Notes: generated by a model from the sequence alone, not told the origin. 64,000 nucleotides of DNA from Phycisphaerae bacterium (GCA_963666835.2 CAXXGO010000006.1:160001-224000), one strand, 5' to 3'. Numbered from the stretch's first letter, positions 10,301 through 20,909 are shown. Numbers and translations are program-made.

Positions 10301-13300
10301 GCGCGTTGCCGTGCTGACCAGTGGACCACTCGTCCCCATCCATGTTCGTCAACGTGCCGTCCAAATCGCCGATGGACTCGTCCGAAGTCGTACCCGATGC
10401 TTCGTTGAACGACCACTGCGCCACCGGGGCCGGCGAAGCTGCCGAGGCGTCATCGCTAGCGTTGACGAGAATCGTCACCGTATCGATGCTGGTAGTCGTG
10501 CCATCGCTGACTTCAACCTGGAACGTAAGAGGCGTTTGCTCAGAAACATCCGGCGCCGTAAACGTCGGCTGCGTAGCGTTGGCATCGCTGAGCGTCACGG
10601 CCGGTCCGCCGGTCTGGGTCCAGGTGTAGGTCAGATTGTCGCCATCCAAATCGGATGACGCGGAAGCGTCCAGCGTTACCTCGACGCCTTCATCCACCGT
10701 CTGGTCCGCCCCGGCTTCGGCCACCGGGTCGTTGTTGGCCGCACCTACCGTCACATTGACCGTAGCCGTGTCCGTGCCGCCGTTGCCGTCGTCGACCGTA
10801 TAGGTGAAGCTGTCGGTGCCGCTAAAGTCAGCGTTCGGCGTGTAGGTAAACGTACCGTCACCGTTGTCGGTGACCGTACCGTTACTGCCCTGGGTGAACC
10901 CCGTGATGCTCAGAGTATCACCGTCGGGGTCGGTATCGTTAGCCAGCACATTGCCCGTAGTGACGGCCGTATCCTCGGTGGTGGCCACCGCGTCATCGAC
11001 AGCGTTTGGAGCCGTGGTCGTGCTTTCAACGGGTTCAGCGGCGGTCGTTGTCGGCGGGACCTTACCCCCGGAGTAGACGACCTTTGTAGGGGAGGTGAAG
11101 TCCTCGCTATAGGTGTAAGCGTTGTCACTCAGGTCGAACTGACCGCTCGCGCGCTCAACCGTGAGCGTGCCGCTCGTGAAGTTACCGACGGATAACGCAT
11201 CCAGATCGCCATCGATCGTGATTGTGGCGTTGTCGCTGATCTCGTCACCAGCCGAGATGGATCCGACATTGCCACCGACGTTAACGGTGCCCTTGAGGTC
11301 ATCCCCGACGTCGAGCGTCCCCAGATCGCCGCCCACATTGACGACGCCGAGTAGTTCGTCCCCGGACCCGTCAGCCTGGACGGAGATGGTAGTCACGCTG
11401 CCGGTGACGTCGACGTTACCGCTGAGCCTCCCGCCGGAAAGCGTGGTCAGATCCCCACCGACGGAGATGTCTTTGGCGATACCAGCGCCGGCCGTGATAC
11501 TGTCGGCACTACCGCCAATTGTGATCGCGCCATCGTATTTGATCTCATCACCGGCCGAGATGGATCCGACACTGCCGCCGATGGTGACGGAGCCCTTGAC
11601 GTCGTCCCCGACATCGAGGGTCCCCAGATCACCCCCTACGGAGAGGTTGCCGAGCATTTCGTTCGAACCACCCTCGGCCTGCAGCGTGATGGTGGTCACG
11701 CTTCCGGTGACGTTGACGTCACCGCTGAGTCCCCCGCTGGAGAGCGTGGTCAGATCCCCACCGACGGAGATGTCCTTGGCGATACCGGCGCCGGCCGTGA
11801 TACTTCCGGCATCACCGCCGATCGTGATCGCGCCGTCGTATTTGATCTCATCGCCGGCCGAGATAGATCCGACGTTGCCGCCGACGGTTACGGAGCCCTT
11901 AAGGTCATCCCCGATGTCGAGGGTCCCCAGATCACCGCCTACCGAGAGGTTGCCGAGCATCTCGTCCGAACCACCCTCGGCCTGCAGTGTGATAGTCCCG
12001 GCGTCTCCTGTAACACTGACATCGCCAACGATCCGGCTGACCTGCAGGGTAGTGAGGTTACCTGTGACAGACAAGTTCGCATCCAGGCTATCCGCTGACA
12101 CACTCCCGACATTGCCGTTTACGGTGACGTCAGCCTCGATGTCATCGTCAACGACTACCGAGTCGACGTGAGCGTTGACTGTAGTAGCAGTCTCGATGTC
12201 ACCTTCGCAGTGCAAGGTGCCGATAGTGCCGTTTCCCCCACCAACAGTGATCGCACCGATGCCGGTGCCGTCGGCAATCGTCACGGTGTCCAGGTTGACG
12301 TTGCTCGATAGGGCTCCCAATTCGGTATCCAGAGTTATGTTGTCGACGTTGAGATTCGCTCCGGTGAGATCGGTGATGCTCAGCGTGGAAGCGGTGCTTG
12401 CACCGTCGGCGTCGGAGATCGTCAGCGTGTTGGAATCGGCAGCATACGAGAAGTCAACGGTGCCGCCGCCGGTCATCTCGACCTTGAACGCCTCGTCTCC
12501 TTCGATGAAGACGCTCGTTCCGCTGACGGCCGTACCGGTGTAGTCACCGTGGAGGACGGTAGCACTTACATCCCCGAACTGAATGGACTCGATGTTCGAG
12601 TGATTGATCGTGAACGACTCGCCGTTGCCCATGTCAATGGTCAAAGCTCCGTCGCTGAACGAAGCGTCGGCCAAGTTATAGCCACTTAGATCCAGCGTGT
12701 CGTTGCCGCCACCGCCGTCGACCGTGTAGGTCTCCCCGGCCACAGCGTGGTTGAAGTCGATTACGTCATCGCCTTCGGTGCCGGCTATCTCGGCGAGCGA
12801 GCCCTCATAGGCTGCTGCTTCGACAACATCTATATCGGTGTCTATGCCCGCGGCCAGTTCCGCCTCACCGCCGGCGGATACGGCCTCGAGATCCCAGTCA
12901 CCGCCGGCCCCGGTAACGTCGTTCGAGCCGAATACTTCGGTGCCGGTTAAGCCCGACAGAGTATTGAGAAGATCCTGCCCTTCACCGGAACCGTCAACGA
13001 CGTTGCAGCCGTACGCATAGATATTGGCGTCTTCAGTGAAGTTGTCGGCCAGAGACTGCCATGCGGCCGATTGCTCTGCAGACATCTCAGAGGTAACCGT
13101 CTCGTTCCCGAGGTCGAATTGTCCACCCTCCCCGTGGGAGAGAATCGACAGCGATTCGATCTGGGCGCCTTCGGACTCGGACAGAGCTTCCACCCGAGCC
13201 AGTACGGCGGCCGCCGACTCGTTGGCACCGTCGTACTCGATTACCGTGGCGCCTTCTTCCACGGCATCCGCCAGCACCTCGGTATCTTCCAGGGTCGAGT

Positions 13301-13973
13301 CAATCAGCACGATCTTGAGCGGCGTTACCTCGGCCGAGGTTTCGTCTTCGATCAGACCCGCCTCGTCCGCATCGTCGTCAACGTCGGCCTCGACGCTATC
13401 CTCGGCGTCGTCGACAGCGTCGTCTTCCACAACGGCTTCGGTATCACCGGCCGATTCAGCATCCTGGTCCACCTGCTCGCCGTCGTCGACGTCGGGCAAC
13501 CCGGCCTCGGCTTCAGCTTCCGAGGTCTCGGTCGCTTCCTCTGCAGACACCGCCTCCTCCAAACCGGCATCAGCTTCGTCGACCGGCTCGGTGGCAAAGT
13601 CCGGGTCGGCGTCCGCGATTATGGGAGCACTTTCCTCCGACGTGGGTTCATCGAAGCCGTCGAAGAGTCCTTCACCACCATTGTCGTCAATCGTGGCAAT
13701 GGTGACCTCGGCCGCCTCGGCATCGAACACGTCCTCCCCGGCGCCGTCGGCTTCGGTGTCGGGCGCGTCATCCACATCGACCCAGGTGGCCGAAAGGAGA
13801 ATACGTTCTTCGAGCGCTTCAGTGCGGAACGACGGCTTGGCAACGGTGCCAAACTCTTCCTTGGTCTCACGGACCCGACGATCCTTGCGTTTGCGGATTT
13901 GACGTAGCTGCTTCTTGCGCTTGCTCACGTTGGTGCTCCCCGGTTTGGTTTGGACCTGCGCCTTATCGGTCAC
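7332..13973 (-). CDS. Giant (2213 aa) acidic repetitive surface/secreted protein: LEPR-XLL-like leader, DUF4347-like, beta-helix repeats, Ig/cadherin-like, PKD-like, LamG, and a duplicated beta-rich domain
   Basis: [14 protein letters not shown] motif; [11 protein letters not shown]...YGCNV...GGDWDLE (DUF4347-like); VGGDLGTLD repeats; [12 protein letters not shown]...FTYTP; AGADQTV...[18 protein letters not shown]...VYVDG...[11 protein letters not shown] (LamG). Confidence 0.9.
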   Translation of the reverse strand: MTDKAQVQTKPGSTNVSKRKKQLRQIRKRKDRRVRETKEEFGTVAKPSFRTEALEERILLSATWVDVDDAPDTEADGAGEDVFDAEAAEVTIATIDDNGGEGLFDGFDEPTSEESAPIIADADPDFATEPVDEADAGLEEAVSAEEATETSEAEAEAGLPDVDDGEQVDQDAESAGDTEAVVEDDAVDDAEDSVEADVDDDADEAGLIEDETSAEVTPLKIVLIDSTLEDTEVLADAVEEGATVIEYDGANESAAAVLARVEALSESEGAQIESLSILSHGEGGQFDLGNETVTSEMSAEQSAAWQSLADNFTEDANIYAYGCNVVDGSGEGQDLLNTLSGLTGTEVFGSNDVTGAGGDWDLEAVSAGGEAELAAGIDTDIDVVEAAAYEGSLAEIAGTEGDDVIDFNHAVAGETYTVDGGGGNDTLDLSGYNLADASFSDGALTIDMGNGESFTINHSNIESIQFGDVSATVLHGDYTGTAVSGTSVFIEGDEAFKVEMTGGGTVDFSYAADSNTLTISDADGASTASTLSITDLTGANLNVDNITLDTELGALSSNVNLDTVTIADGTGIGAITVGGGNGTIGTLHCEGDIETATTVNAHVDSVVVDDDIEADVTVNGNVGSVSADSLDANLSVTGNLTTLQVSRIVGDVSVTGDAGTITLQAEGGSDEMLGNLSVGGDLGTLDIGDDLKGSVTVGGNVGSISAGDEIKYDGAITIGGDAGSITAGAGIAKDISVGGDLTTLSSGGLSGDVNVTGSVTTITLQAEGGSNEMLGNLSVGGDLGTLDVGDDVKGSVTIGGSVGSISAGDEIKYDGAITIGGSADSITAGAGIAKDISVGGDLTTLSGGRLSGNVDVTGSVTTISVQADGSGDELLGVVNVGGDLGTLDVGDDLKGTVNVGGNVGSISAGDEISDNATITIDGDLDALSVGNFTSGTLTVERASGQFDLSDNAYTYSEDFTSPTKVVYSGGKVPPTTTAAEPVESTTTAPNAVDDAVATTEDTAVTTGNVLANDTDPDGDTLSITGFTQGSNGTVTDNGDGTFTYTPNADFSGTDSFTYTVDDGNGGTDTATVNVTVGAANNDPVAEAGADQTVDEGVEVTLDASASSDLDGDNLTYTWTQTGGPAVTLSDANATQPTFTAPDVSEQTPLTFQVEVSDGTTTSIDTVTILVNASDDASAASPAPVAQWSFNEASGTTSDESIGDLDGTLTNMDGDEWSTGQHGNALTFDGVDDYVHSDTDLGQWLNGTATLSAWIQTDQTGVPQSYYSPSIVGSEQSGGTNDIRWGAIDDQGRIGISVGDESGARSDTAINDGQWHHVAFTRDAETGQVQVYVDGVLSGSANGSAGVLTSPIQDIGRTFDFNDGDPETAYFKGSLDELQIYDSVLTAEQIADLANVNDTPAAELIVFAGPDQDVTEGATVSLNASASAVAPVTFQEGNVDSYGGIDQDVEATMVVEDDGETLHLTGNGWKSIDHPYTVTADTILEFDFRSGVQGEIHGIGFDTDGLQSEDTTFRVYGTQDWGIDGQDPYDGSAGEWQHYRIRVGDYFTGDFDRLTFINDHDASGATVESLFSNVRVYEADEAVDGNMTYTWTQVGGPAVTLSDVNAADPTFDAPAVDEDTELVFQVNAFDGTTTVTDLVTITVEAQYEPELIVDAGPDQVVVEGETVSLAASAEEGPIAFQDGNVDSYGGAEQDVSATVAIEDDGATLHLTGNGWKSTDHPYTVTADTILEFDFRSGVEGEIHGIGFDTDGAISENTTFQLYGTQDWGIGGQDSYDGSAGEWQHYRIRVGDYFTGSFDRLTFVNDHDVNGATAESLFSNVRVYEADEAPDSNLTYTWTQTGGPAVTLSDPGSAQPTFDAPDVSEQTTLTFQVEVSDGTSTSTDTVTVTVNDAPVADPPATGGIAGQDDEPTPDVAPEEPVDSNDVPDVAPDEPVDSIDVPDVVPDNPPQPDPGDADAIAPSPDDAPVDDSSPAPDPTDDVVDVAPEPDSGDAVVVTPDPVVPGPTDSVDDSGPVHDATEPETRDDRGSVKVEPDASAVAAATEETSDVTEDDLEQLGVMNPLEGLDDAFDVMPGDDQMPAEIGFDVDAEEPEEAYVPVGDIEIPAARSVVSAATTPVLAQVGDATAEDVFEADDASVEDVMRGSGYDEEDGAQRDLSSETVQVRGQSMAVTDENAASADTTPRGFLAQVWGVLRGLAGTSNRSDQSDQRGHRRR

Positions 13974-14483
13974 AGGTACGCCCGAATGTACCCACTGAAA
14001 ACGTACGAAACAGACTTCACCTGAGCAAACCTACAGTGACGTTTGGTTGTCACTTATTATCGGCGGTATCGTGGTCGGCGGACCTGCGGGCACTCCGGGC
14101 GCGTTACCGGAGCCTATAACAAACGCGGGCCGAGTGAGACTCGCGGCGCGCCGCTCCGCTCGGTGACATGCGGCATGCACCGCAGCGCCGCGTTGAGGTT
14201 CGTCCGCGGCAGCTCTCCCTCCCAACGCGCTGAGGACGTGCAATACTTCACACGCCCCGCGCCTCTGTTTAGTACAGGAGAAAACCCGCCCCTGCCTTGA
14301 CAGTGCCTGCGTAGCGGGTAGAGTATAGCAACAGCGCGTGCTGGATAGTCGAAAGACTTCGCATCCGTGCTTGCGGGCGTCCTATTTTGCCCGCCAGCGA
14401 TCGGAAGACTTAGCACACCTCGCACCACGTGGAGGTGTGTCGTGGGGTTTTTCTGGTTATTCACATATCTTAGGGAGCACGCC

Positions 14484-14924
14484 ATGCTCAGAACAACCCA
14501 GCTCAAGGTGATTCTCACCGCGTTCGTTGTCGTGTGGGCCGTCCTCGCCGTGGTAATGGGGCAGGCACAGGGTGTGTCACCCTTCCTTTGCCTGCTCCCG
14601 GCCTCCCTGGTCCTGATAGTCGCACTACCTTCGGCAACCGGCCTTACGCGCAGGCTGTGGTTCCTGCCGGCGTTGGCTCTATGGTCGGGCATCACCGTTC
14701 CGGCGATGTTATTGACCTTTCGGTGGGCGGCCGGGTTGAGCAGCAGGTGCGATCAACTGTTTTTTGCCTGCGGGCTGTTCGCGGCGCTGGCGTTTCTTAC
14801 CTTGTGGGCGGTCAGCGGCGTTAGGACCCGGTGGGCTCGGCAGACGGGAGCAAACCGCGGCGCCGGTCGCGGACGGCACGCGGTCGGCTGCTCTTCAGGC
14901 ACCGGACACATAGAGAGTCTGTAA
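14484..14924 (+). CDS. Hypothetical 4-TM membrane protein
   Basis: GGGAG RBS before ATG 14484, four hydrophobic segments, followed by a terminator. Confidence 0.65.
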   Translation: MLRTTQLKVILTAFVVVWAVLAVVMGQAQGVSPFLCLLPASLVLIVALPSATGLTRRLWFLPALALWSGITVPAMLLTFRWAAGLSSRCDQLFFACGLFAALAFLTLWAVSGVRTRWARQTGANRGAGRGRHAVGCSSGTGHIESL

Positions 14925-14939
14925 TAAACCAAACGAAAC

Positions 14940-14977
14940 GGGGGAGCCGGATGAGCCCGGCTCCCCCCCCTTTTTTT
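14940..14977 (+). terminator. Rho-independent terminator
   Basis: GGGGAGCCGG-atgagc-CCGGCTCCCC stem followed by a T7 run, just after the stop at 14924. Confidence 0.8.
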
Positions 14978-15328
14978 ATGCGCACCGACTGCAACACCGG
15001 TGGCCCCGCACCGCTCAGGAGCAGCGTCACACCCGCCCGGGTGAAGCCCCTCCGAGCGACACGTCCTGTAGCCCCACGGCGTAAGCCTGGGGCAACCGCT
15101 CGGGCCATCGCGGGTTTTGCGGCAGGTCTCGTGCCTCGACCTGCCCTGCAGGTTCGCGCGCGGGGGGGCCATGCCGGGCGCCGGGACCGCACGCATGTGG
15201 TACGTCATCCTACGTCCCGATGATGCTCAATCGTCTTGGATGTCGACGCGGTAGGCACGCAGAGGACACAGCAAACCGAGCCGTGCCCACGCAAGCGTGG
15301 GGCATGCCACCCACCACCCGTTACGAAA

Positions 15329-15437
15329 GGCGGGACGTCGTAAGTGACGTGGCTGACAAGAGTTACGAACGACAGGCAACCCCTGACAAACAGCGGGTGA
15401 TGGGACTTGAACCCACGACATTCACGTTGGCAACGTG
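15329..15437. repeat. Left attachment site: displaced 3' part of tRNA-Gly plus ~63 bp of extra shared sequence
   Basis: Near-identical direct repeat of 27022..27130 (about 3 mismatches by eye); 15392..15437 equals the tRNA 3' part. Confidence 0.92.
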
Positions 15438-15927
15438 TGAGCCCCGAGTACAAGCCTTGAAACCACAAGGGGTTACGGACGGGGGTGCATTCGCTTACAC
15501 CAATGCTTACACCGAATCTCAGAATCCGGTACGCCCCGAGGCCGCCGAAGTGGTCAACGAAACCGGGGGCGGAGACTCCGGCCGGCGGGCGTCCGACGAA
15601 GGCGACCGGACCGCGGAGGGGGCTGCCATCCCTCCCGAGGATGCGGCCGTTGCCGGGGCCGATGTCGAGACCAACGCCGGGCCGGATGCCGCGACCACCA
15701 CGGGGGCGGATGTCGAGACCGCCACGGGGGCGGGTGCTCAGGCGTTGGTCGATGCCCTGGCCATGCTGGACCGGCTTCCGCTGACGGACGCGGAGCGAGC
15801 CGAGGCCGTTCGTCGGTTGCTGGGCAGGCCGGGCGGACCGGGGGAGGTGCAACCCGAATTGGAGGACTCGACCGGACCGGAAGACACGACCGGCCGGGAG
15901 CCGACGGGAGGCGGGGCCGATGCGTGA
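15436..15927 (+). other. Open frame continuing the integrase reading frame across att (putative detached integrase C-terminal segment)
   Basis: ORF 15220..15927 shares ...KQRVMGLEPTTFTLAT in frame with the integrase end and continues for 163 codons. Confidence 0.6.
15493..15513 (+). promoter_or_regulatory. Putative integrase arm-type site (tandem GCTTACACC)
   Basis: GCTTACACCAATGCTTACACC, identical to 26936..26956 at the other end of the element. Confidence 0.7.
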
Positions 15928-16249
15928 CCTTCCGTGCAATGTACTCCAGAGCTTCGGGCGTGTTGCCCGTGGGGTGCGGGTGTGCGTGGACGGTTGGCCG
16001 CGCGGACAGCGAATCCGGCGGGACCGGTTGCGGTGCGGAGCGCGCCAACGGGAGAGCCCCCGAAGTGTCCGTCCGCGGTTGGCTCGGTGCGGAATCGGGC
16101 GGAACGCGGTCTCGGTTGCCGGGAAAGGTAGCAAAGCTGTGGCGGGAATCTCACCAACGGGGGCGGAATGTCCCTTGAAATATCAGGACTCAATATGTTA
16201 CAGTGGCGGTTTCATGGTCTAGCTCGGTCTCTTGCTGTGAGGGGATATC

Positions 16250-18475
16250 ATGTTGCGAGCACGTTCCGCAATGTTCTTTGTTCTTGTGGTTCTGGTCTGT
16301 CTTCCGCCAGTGGGTGTCGGTGGAACCGTCACCGAGATCATTTACGGTCAGAACACCCTCAATTGGCCGCGCGGCATTGCCGTAGACGATGCAGGCGCCA
16401 CATACGTTGCAGGCTACCACAATGCTCTCAAGATCACGTCGGACGGAGTCATCACCGAGATCATCGACGCGCTAGGCGACGGCAAGGGAAACGCGCTCGA
16501 GTACTCCTCCGGCATCGCCGTGGACGATTCCGGAATCGTCTACGTCGCAGGATCCTACAGCAACAACGCCTTCAAGATCACTCCGGACGGAGCCATCACG
16601 GAGATTATCGACTCGACCGGCGATAACATGGGGAACGAACTTGGTGACCCGTCCGGCATCGCCGTAGACGACTCCGGGAACGTCTACGTTGCTGGAGGTT
16701 CAAGCAATAACGCTTTTCGGATTTCGCCGGACGGGATTATCACCGAAATGGTCGATCAAACTGGCGACGGATTGGGGAACACGCTTGATGGGCCGTGCGG
16801 CGTTTCCGTGGACGGTTTGGGCAATGCATACGTCGCTGGTGTTGCAAGTAACAACGCTTTCAAGATTACACCAGACGGAACCATCACCGAGATCATCGAC
16901 GCGACGGGCGACGGATTGGGGAACACGCTTGACGGGCCAGAGTGTATCGCCGTGGATAGCTCGGGCAATGCCTACGTGACAGGACACTGGAGTCACAACG
17001 CCTTCAAGATCACTCCGGACGGAGCCATCACGGAGATTATCGACGGGACTGGGGACGGCAATGGAAAGACGCTTGAGTGGTCGCATGGCATCGACGTGGA
17101 CGACTCCGGAAACGTCTACGTTGCTGGAGGTTCAAGCAATAACGCTTTTCGGATTTCGCCGGACGGGATTATCACCGAAATGGTCGATCAAACTGGCGAC
17201 GGATTGGGGAACACGCTTGACGGGCCAGAGTGTATCGCCGTGGACACTTCCGGAAACGTCTACGTTGCCGGGAAGCGAAGCAACAACGCTTTTCAGATTT
17301 CGCCGGACGGGATTATCACCGAGATCGTCGATCAAACTGGCGACGGATTGGGGAACACGCTTGACGCGCCGCGCGGCATCGCCGTGGACGATTCGGGCAA
17401 TGTGTACGTCGCTGGTGTTGCAAGTAACAACGCTTTCAAGATCACGCCGGACGGGATCATCACCGAGATCATTGACAGGACCGGAGACGGCAATGGAAGA
17501 GCGCTTGTGTGGTCACACGGCATCGCCGTGGACGATTCGGGCAATGTGTACGTGACAGGATACTGGAGTAACAACGCCTTCAAGATCACACCAGACGGAA
17601 CCATCACCGAGATCATCGACGCGACGGGCGACGGTATGGGGAACGCTCTTTTCGCCCCGTTCGGCATCACCGTAGACGAGTCAGGCAACGCGTACGTTAC
17701 TGGACTCAGCAGCGATAACGCCTTTCAGATTACGCCGGACGGGGTCATAACCGAGATCATTGACAGGGCCGGGGACGGCAGAGGAAACACGCTCGTCGAT
17801 CCGCGGAGCATCGCCGTGGATAGCTCGGGCAATGCCTACGTGACAGGACACTGGAGTCACAACGCCTTCAAGATCACTCCGGACGGAGCCATCACGGAGA
17901 TTATCGACGGGACTGGGGACGGCAATGGAAAGACGCTTGAGTGGTCGCATGGCATCGACGTGGACGACTCCGGAAACGTCTACGTTGCCGGAGCTTCAAG
18001 CGACAACGCTTTTCGGATCACGCCGGACGGGATCATCACCGAGATCATCGACTCGACGGGCGACGGCAGAGGACACACGCTTGATTATCCGACCGGTATT
18101 ACCGTAGACGCCTCAGGCGCCGCCTATGTTGCTGGATACTCCAGCCACAACGCCTTCAAGATTACGCCGGACGGGATCATCACCGAGATCATCGACTCGA
18201 CGGGCGACGGCAATGGAAGAACGTTCGGGTGGGCGCACGGCATCGCCGTGGACGACTCGGGCAACGTCTTCGTGACGGGATATGTCACTGACAACGCCTT
18301 CCGGATCGAACTATGCGACACGCTGACGGACTATCCCCTATTCGAGGACTGCTGGGCCGCAAGCGGGCCGGGGGCGGTTGTCGACCAGAGCTGCGCTTGT
18401 CCCGATGATGATGCCGACGGCGACGTAGATCTGGCCGACTTTGCCCGGTATCAATTGACGTTCGTGGGGCCGTGA
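16250..18475 (+). CDS. Secreted NHL/SBBP-type beta-propeller repeat protein with a dockerin-like C-terminus (island cargo)
   Basis: Signal peptide, 14 repeats of ~49 aa (ITEIIDxTGDGxGxxL...GIAVDDSGNVYVxG..SNNAFKITPDG), C-terminal DDDADGDVDLADFA. Confidence 0.88.
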   Translation: MLRARSAMFFVLVVLVCLPPVGVGGTVTEIIYGQNTLNWPRGIAVDDAGATYVAGYHNALKITSDGVITEIIDALGDGKGNALEYSSGIAVDDSGIVYVAGSYSNNAFKITPDGAITEIIDSTGDNMGNELGDPSGIAVDDSGNVYVAGGSSNNAFRISPDGIITEMVDQTGDGLGNTLDGPCGVSVDGLGNAYVAGVASNNAFKITPDGTITEIIDATGDGLGNTLDGPECIAVDSSGNAYVTGHWSHNAFKITPDGAITEIIDGTGDGNGKTLEWSHGIDVDDSGNVYVAGGSSNNAFRISPDGIITEMVDQTGDGLGNTLDGPECIAVDTSGNVYVAGKRSNNAFQISPDGIITEIVDQTGDGLGNTLDAPRGIAVDDSGNVYVAGVASNNAFKITPDGIITEIIDRTGDGNGRALVWSHGIAVDDSGNVYVTGYWSNNAFKITPDGTITEIIDATGDGMGNALFAPFGITVDESGNAYVTGLSSDNAFQITPDGVITEIIDRAGDGRGNTLVDPRSIAVDSSGNAYVTGHWSHNAFKITPDGAITEIIDGTGDGNGKTLEWSHGIDVDDSGNVYVAGASSDNAFRITPDGIITEIIDSTGDGRGHTLDYPTGITVDASGAAYVAGYSSHNAFKITPDGIITEIIDSTGDGNGRTFGWAHGIAVDDSGNVFVTGYVTDNAFRIELCDTLTDYPLFEDCWAASGPGAVVDQSCACPDDDADGDVDLADFARYQLTFVGP

Positions 18476-18571
18476 CGACCGCGTCCGGTGGCGGTTGGGC
18501 GGCGCTCGAGGGTGCCGCGTACGGGCCGATTGACCTACCGGGTGACCACCTGGACCCCCCCGAAGCGGTTT

Positions 18572-18620
18572 GGGTCCTTCCGGAGGGGTAGGCCGGGGGG
18601 GGGGACCCCCCAGCATCGGC
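18572..18620 (+). other. Putative lambda-like cos packaging site
   Basis: GGGTCCTTCCGG (lambda cosQ is GGGTCCT) followed by a G/C dyad GGGGG-A-CCCCC, just upstream of the Nu1-like gene. Confidence 0.45.
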
Positions 18621-18676
18621 TGAAAAAAACGCGCGGGGGGTAAAAAAGTATGTCCTGTCCTACCGGAGTACAGACA

Positions 18677-19144
18677 ATGATCGAGACGACGACCGAGCCG
18701 TTGTATGCGTGTTCCCGGGTACAACTGGCTGCAATGCTGGGCGTAACCGAGCGGACGGTGGGCCGTTGGCTAAGCGACGGGGCGCCCAAGAAGGCCAAGC
18801 GGGGCTACAACCTTCGGGAGTGGTTCGCGTGGTGGGCTGCAAACACCGGGCAGACTCCGGACGCTGACGGCGGGACCAGTGCCCGCGAAGCTGACCGGCG
18901 GTGGAAGAACGCCCGGGCGAGCCGAGAGGAACGCAAGAACCAACTCGAAGCCGGGGAGGTCATCACGATGGACGAACACAAGAAGAGCCGCATGGCAGTC
19001 GTTGACTGCTTCGTCGGCATGTGCGACTCGGCGGGTGCGGAGTTGTCGACGATGTTGATTGGTAAGGGTCCTCAAGAGGTGCGGCGGATCGTGGATCGGT
19101 ATTGGAAAGATCGGCGGCGGGAGCTGATCGAGGCGCAACCGTAG
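18677..19144 (+). CDS. Terminase small subunit, lambda Nu1-like
   Basis: N-terminal wHTH QLAAMLGVTERTVGRW..G.P...YNL, then a coiled coil ending LEAGEVI; alternative start at 18650. Confidence 0.7.
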   Translation: MIETTTEPLYACSRVQLAAMLGVTERTVGRWLSDGAPKKAKRGYNLREWFAWWAANTGQTPDADGGTSAREADRRWKNARASREERKNQLEAGEVITMDEHKKSRMAVVDCFVGMCDSAGAELSTMLIGKGPQEVRRIVDRYWKDRRRELIEAQP

Positions 19145-19484
19145 CAGCTTGGCGCAAGGCCGCTTCGGGGGTCCGCACGTCGACCGCCGGGACACCCGAT
19201 CGGCACAAAATCGCGCAAGTAGACGGGCTCGAACGCCTTCCGAAGTGCTTTCTCGTATCCACCGGTCACACCCGAACATTTCCCGAACCCCTTGCAGGAT
19301 AACGACTTACGAGTTTGTGCCGCGTGGCTGTCGTTGGGGGGTGCTTGCGTTAGGCTTGCAGGCCGGTATCGTGGCTGGCATAGGTAGGCGGCTCATGACC
19401 GCCGATTGCTGACCGGTCGGACGTGCTTTCGTACAGTCCGGCGCGCCGACCGGTTGGCAGCCTCCCTCTGAAAGGACTGTACAG

Positions 19485-20909
19485 ATGCCCCAAGAAGCAG
19501 ACTGCCTCGTCGAGACTCCAGACGCCAAGAGGACGCCCACGCCGGCAACGAATCGCAAGGTAAGGATAGGCCGCAGAGACCTGGCGGAAGTGGAACGGCA
19601 TGGCGGATATTGGCACCTAGAGCAGAACGCCACAGAGCGCGCACCGTTCTTCCTGCAAGTGATTGACGTCAGACAGGTCTGTTCTGCATGCAAATTGACC
19701 GATGTGGCGGACGAAAAGGTGATTCTTTGGCTACACAAACTGGACAGAGTCTTCCGCGCTGAACAAGACGAATGGGCCCGTCCTGACGACCTTGTACTAG
19801 ACTTCGAACATCCGGATGGAGCACCACAGCGGAGATTCACTAAACGCGTTCTAGCGTTGTCGGCGAGCAAGCGAAGATCCTGCGTAACCGAACATACATG
19901 GAAGCCACGCTACACTGGTGATGTAGACCATTCCGGGGAGAGCTTCGCGGTGCAAGCGGGCTTCGCCGAACGAGGCACGGCCCAAACGTACTGTACGGAC
20001 TCCTGGAAGTGCTTGAGGGGTTTAAGCTGCATTCAACGCCTGGAGTTGGCTGTCCGCAATTATTCCTGGAGGTTCTCCGATTGCAGTCTTCCACAGGCTG
20101 AAGTTGTGGACGGAGTGGCCAGACGTGAATCACGATGGATGGGCGGGGCTCCTGAGCCAGACGAAGCGGGGCTGTTCATACCATGCTGGCGTTTTCTATC
20201 CACAAAACGGGCTGGCCGAAACGCTCTAGGATGCGATGTGTTTCGCCCGTGGTTACCCATGTTGTTCATCTGCAAAGATCAGAGTCTGCTGAAGCGAGCG
20301 TTGCAGGAATGGCATAACTCGATCTGCTGGCGCATCGCTAGGGATGTCTACAAGCACGTTCAACCTTTGCTTGCTGAACAACGGCGGCGAAGCTACCCGA
20401 ACGCACCCGGAGTGGACCCGGTCACTGAATGGATGTTGAGACCAAACAAGGATACGCATTACGAGGCAAAGTTGTTTCTAGAGCCTATCATGGAAAGGGA
20501 GGCACACCGCGGATTCATGGCACAAAACGGCGAGAGCTCTGCGGACGCGCAGCCGCCTGTTGGGGGTTCAAAGGCTGTGGGTGAGGACGTGGCCGCGGAA
20601 TCTACCTGCCCTAACGCGCCCCCCGAAGCGGATGTTCCGCACGATCAGCCTAAGAAACTGAAGCCGTCGTGGAAGAAGGCGAAATGCCTGTTCGAATGGG
20701 CGCTAGAGCACGTCGAGGGTGCCGACTCGATGACGTACAAAGAGATATTCGACTCGCTCCAGCACGATCCCCGTTGCGCCGGTGAAGGGCTGCCCGACAA
20801 ATGGGAGACGTTCGCCCACTATTGCCGTGAAGCTGGCGTCCGTCGCAATACTCCGCTTCGGGCGAGAAACCCGACGGGGAGTATACGGCGAGCATCCCAA
20901 CTACCGTAG
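19485..20909 (+). CDS. Hypothetical island protein, possibly with a C-terminal DNA-binding domain
   Basis: 474-aa ORF with an AAGGA RBS, visibly lower GC than its flanks, no recognised family. Confidence 0.65.
   Translation: MPQEADCLVETPDAKRTPTPATNRKVRIGRRDLAEVERHGGYWHLEQNATERAPFFLQVIDVRQVCSACKLTDVADEKVILWLHKLDRVFRAEQDEWARPDDLVLDFEHPDGAPQRRFTKRVLALSASKRRSCVTEHTWKPRYTGDVDHSGESFAVQAGFAERGTAQTYCTDSWKCLRGLSCIQRLELAVRNYSWRFSDCSLPQAEVVDGVARRESRWMGGAPEPDEAGLFIPCWRFLSTKRAGRNALGCDVFRPWLPMLFICKDQSLLKRALQEWHNSICWRIARDVYKHVQPLLAEQRRRSYPNAPGVDPVTEWMLRPNKDTHYEAKLFLEPIMEREAHRGFMAQNGESSADAQPPVGGSKAVGEDVAAESTCPNAPPEADVPHDQPKKLKPSWKKAKCLFEWALEHVEGADSMTYKEIFDSLQHDPRCAGEGLPDKWETFAHYCREAGVRRNTPLRARNPTGSIRRASQLP

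Noticed and set aside
15392..15437. Second tRNA-Gly gene
   Set aside because: Only the 3' part is present; the D-arm and 5' acceptor strand are missing, so it is the att duplication
16300..18310. Regular ~147-bp repeats as a possible CRISPR array
   Set aside because: They are in-frame coding repeats of a beta-propeller protein, with no repeat-spacer structure and no cas genes
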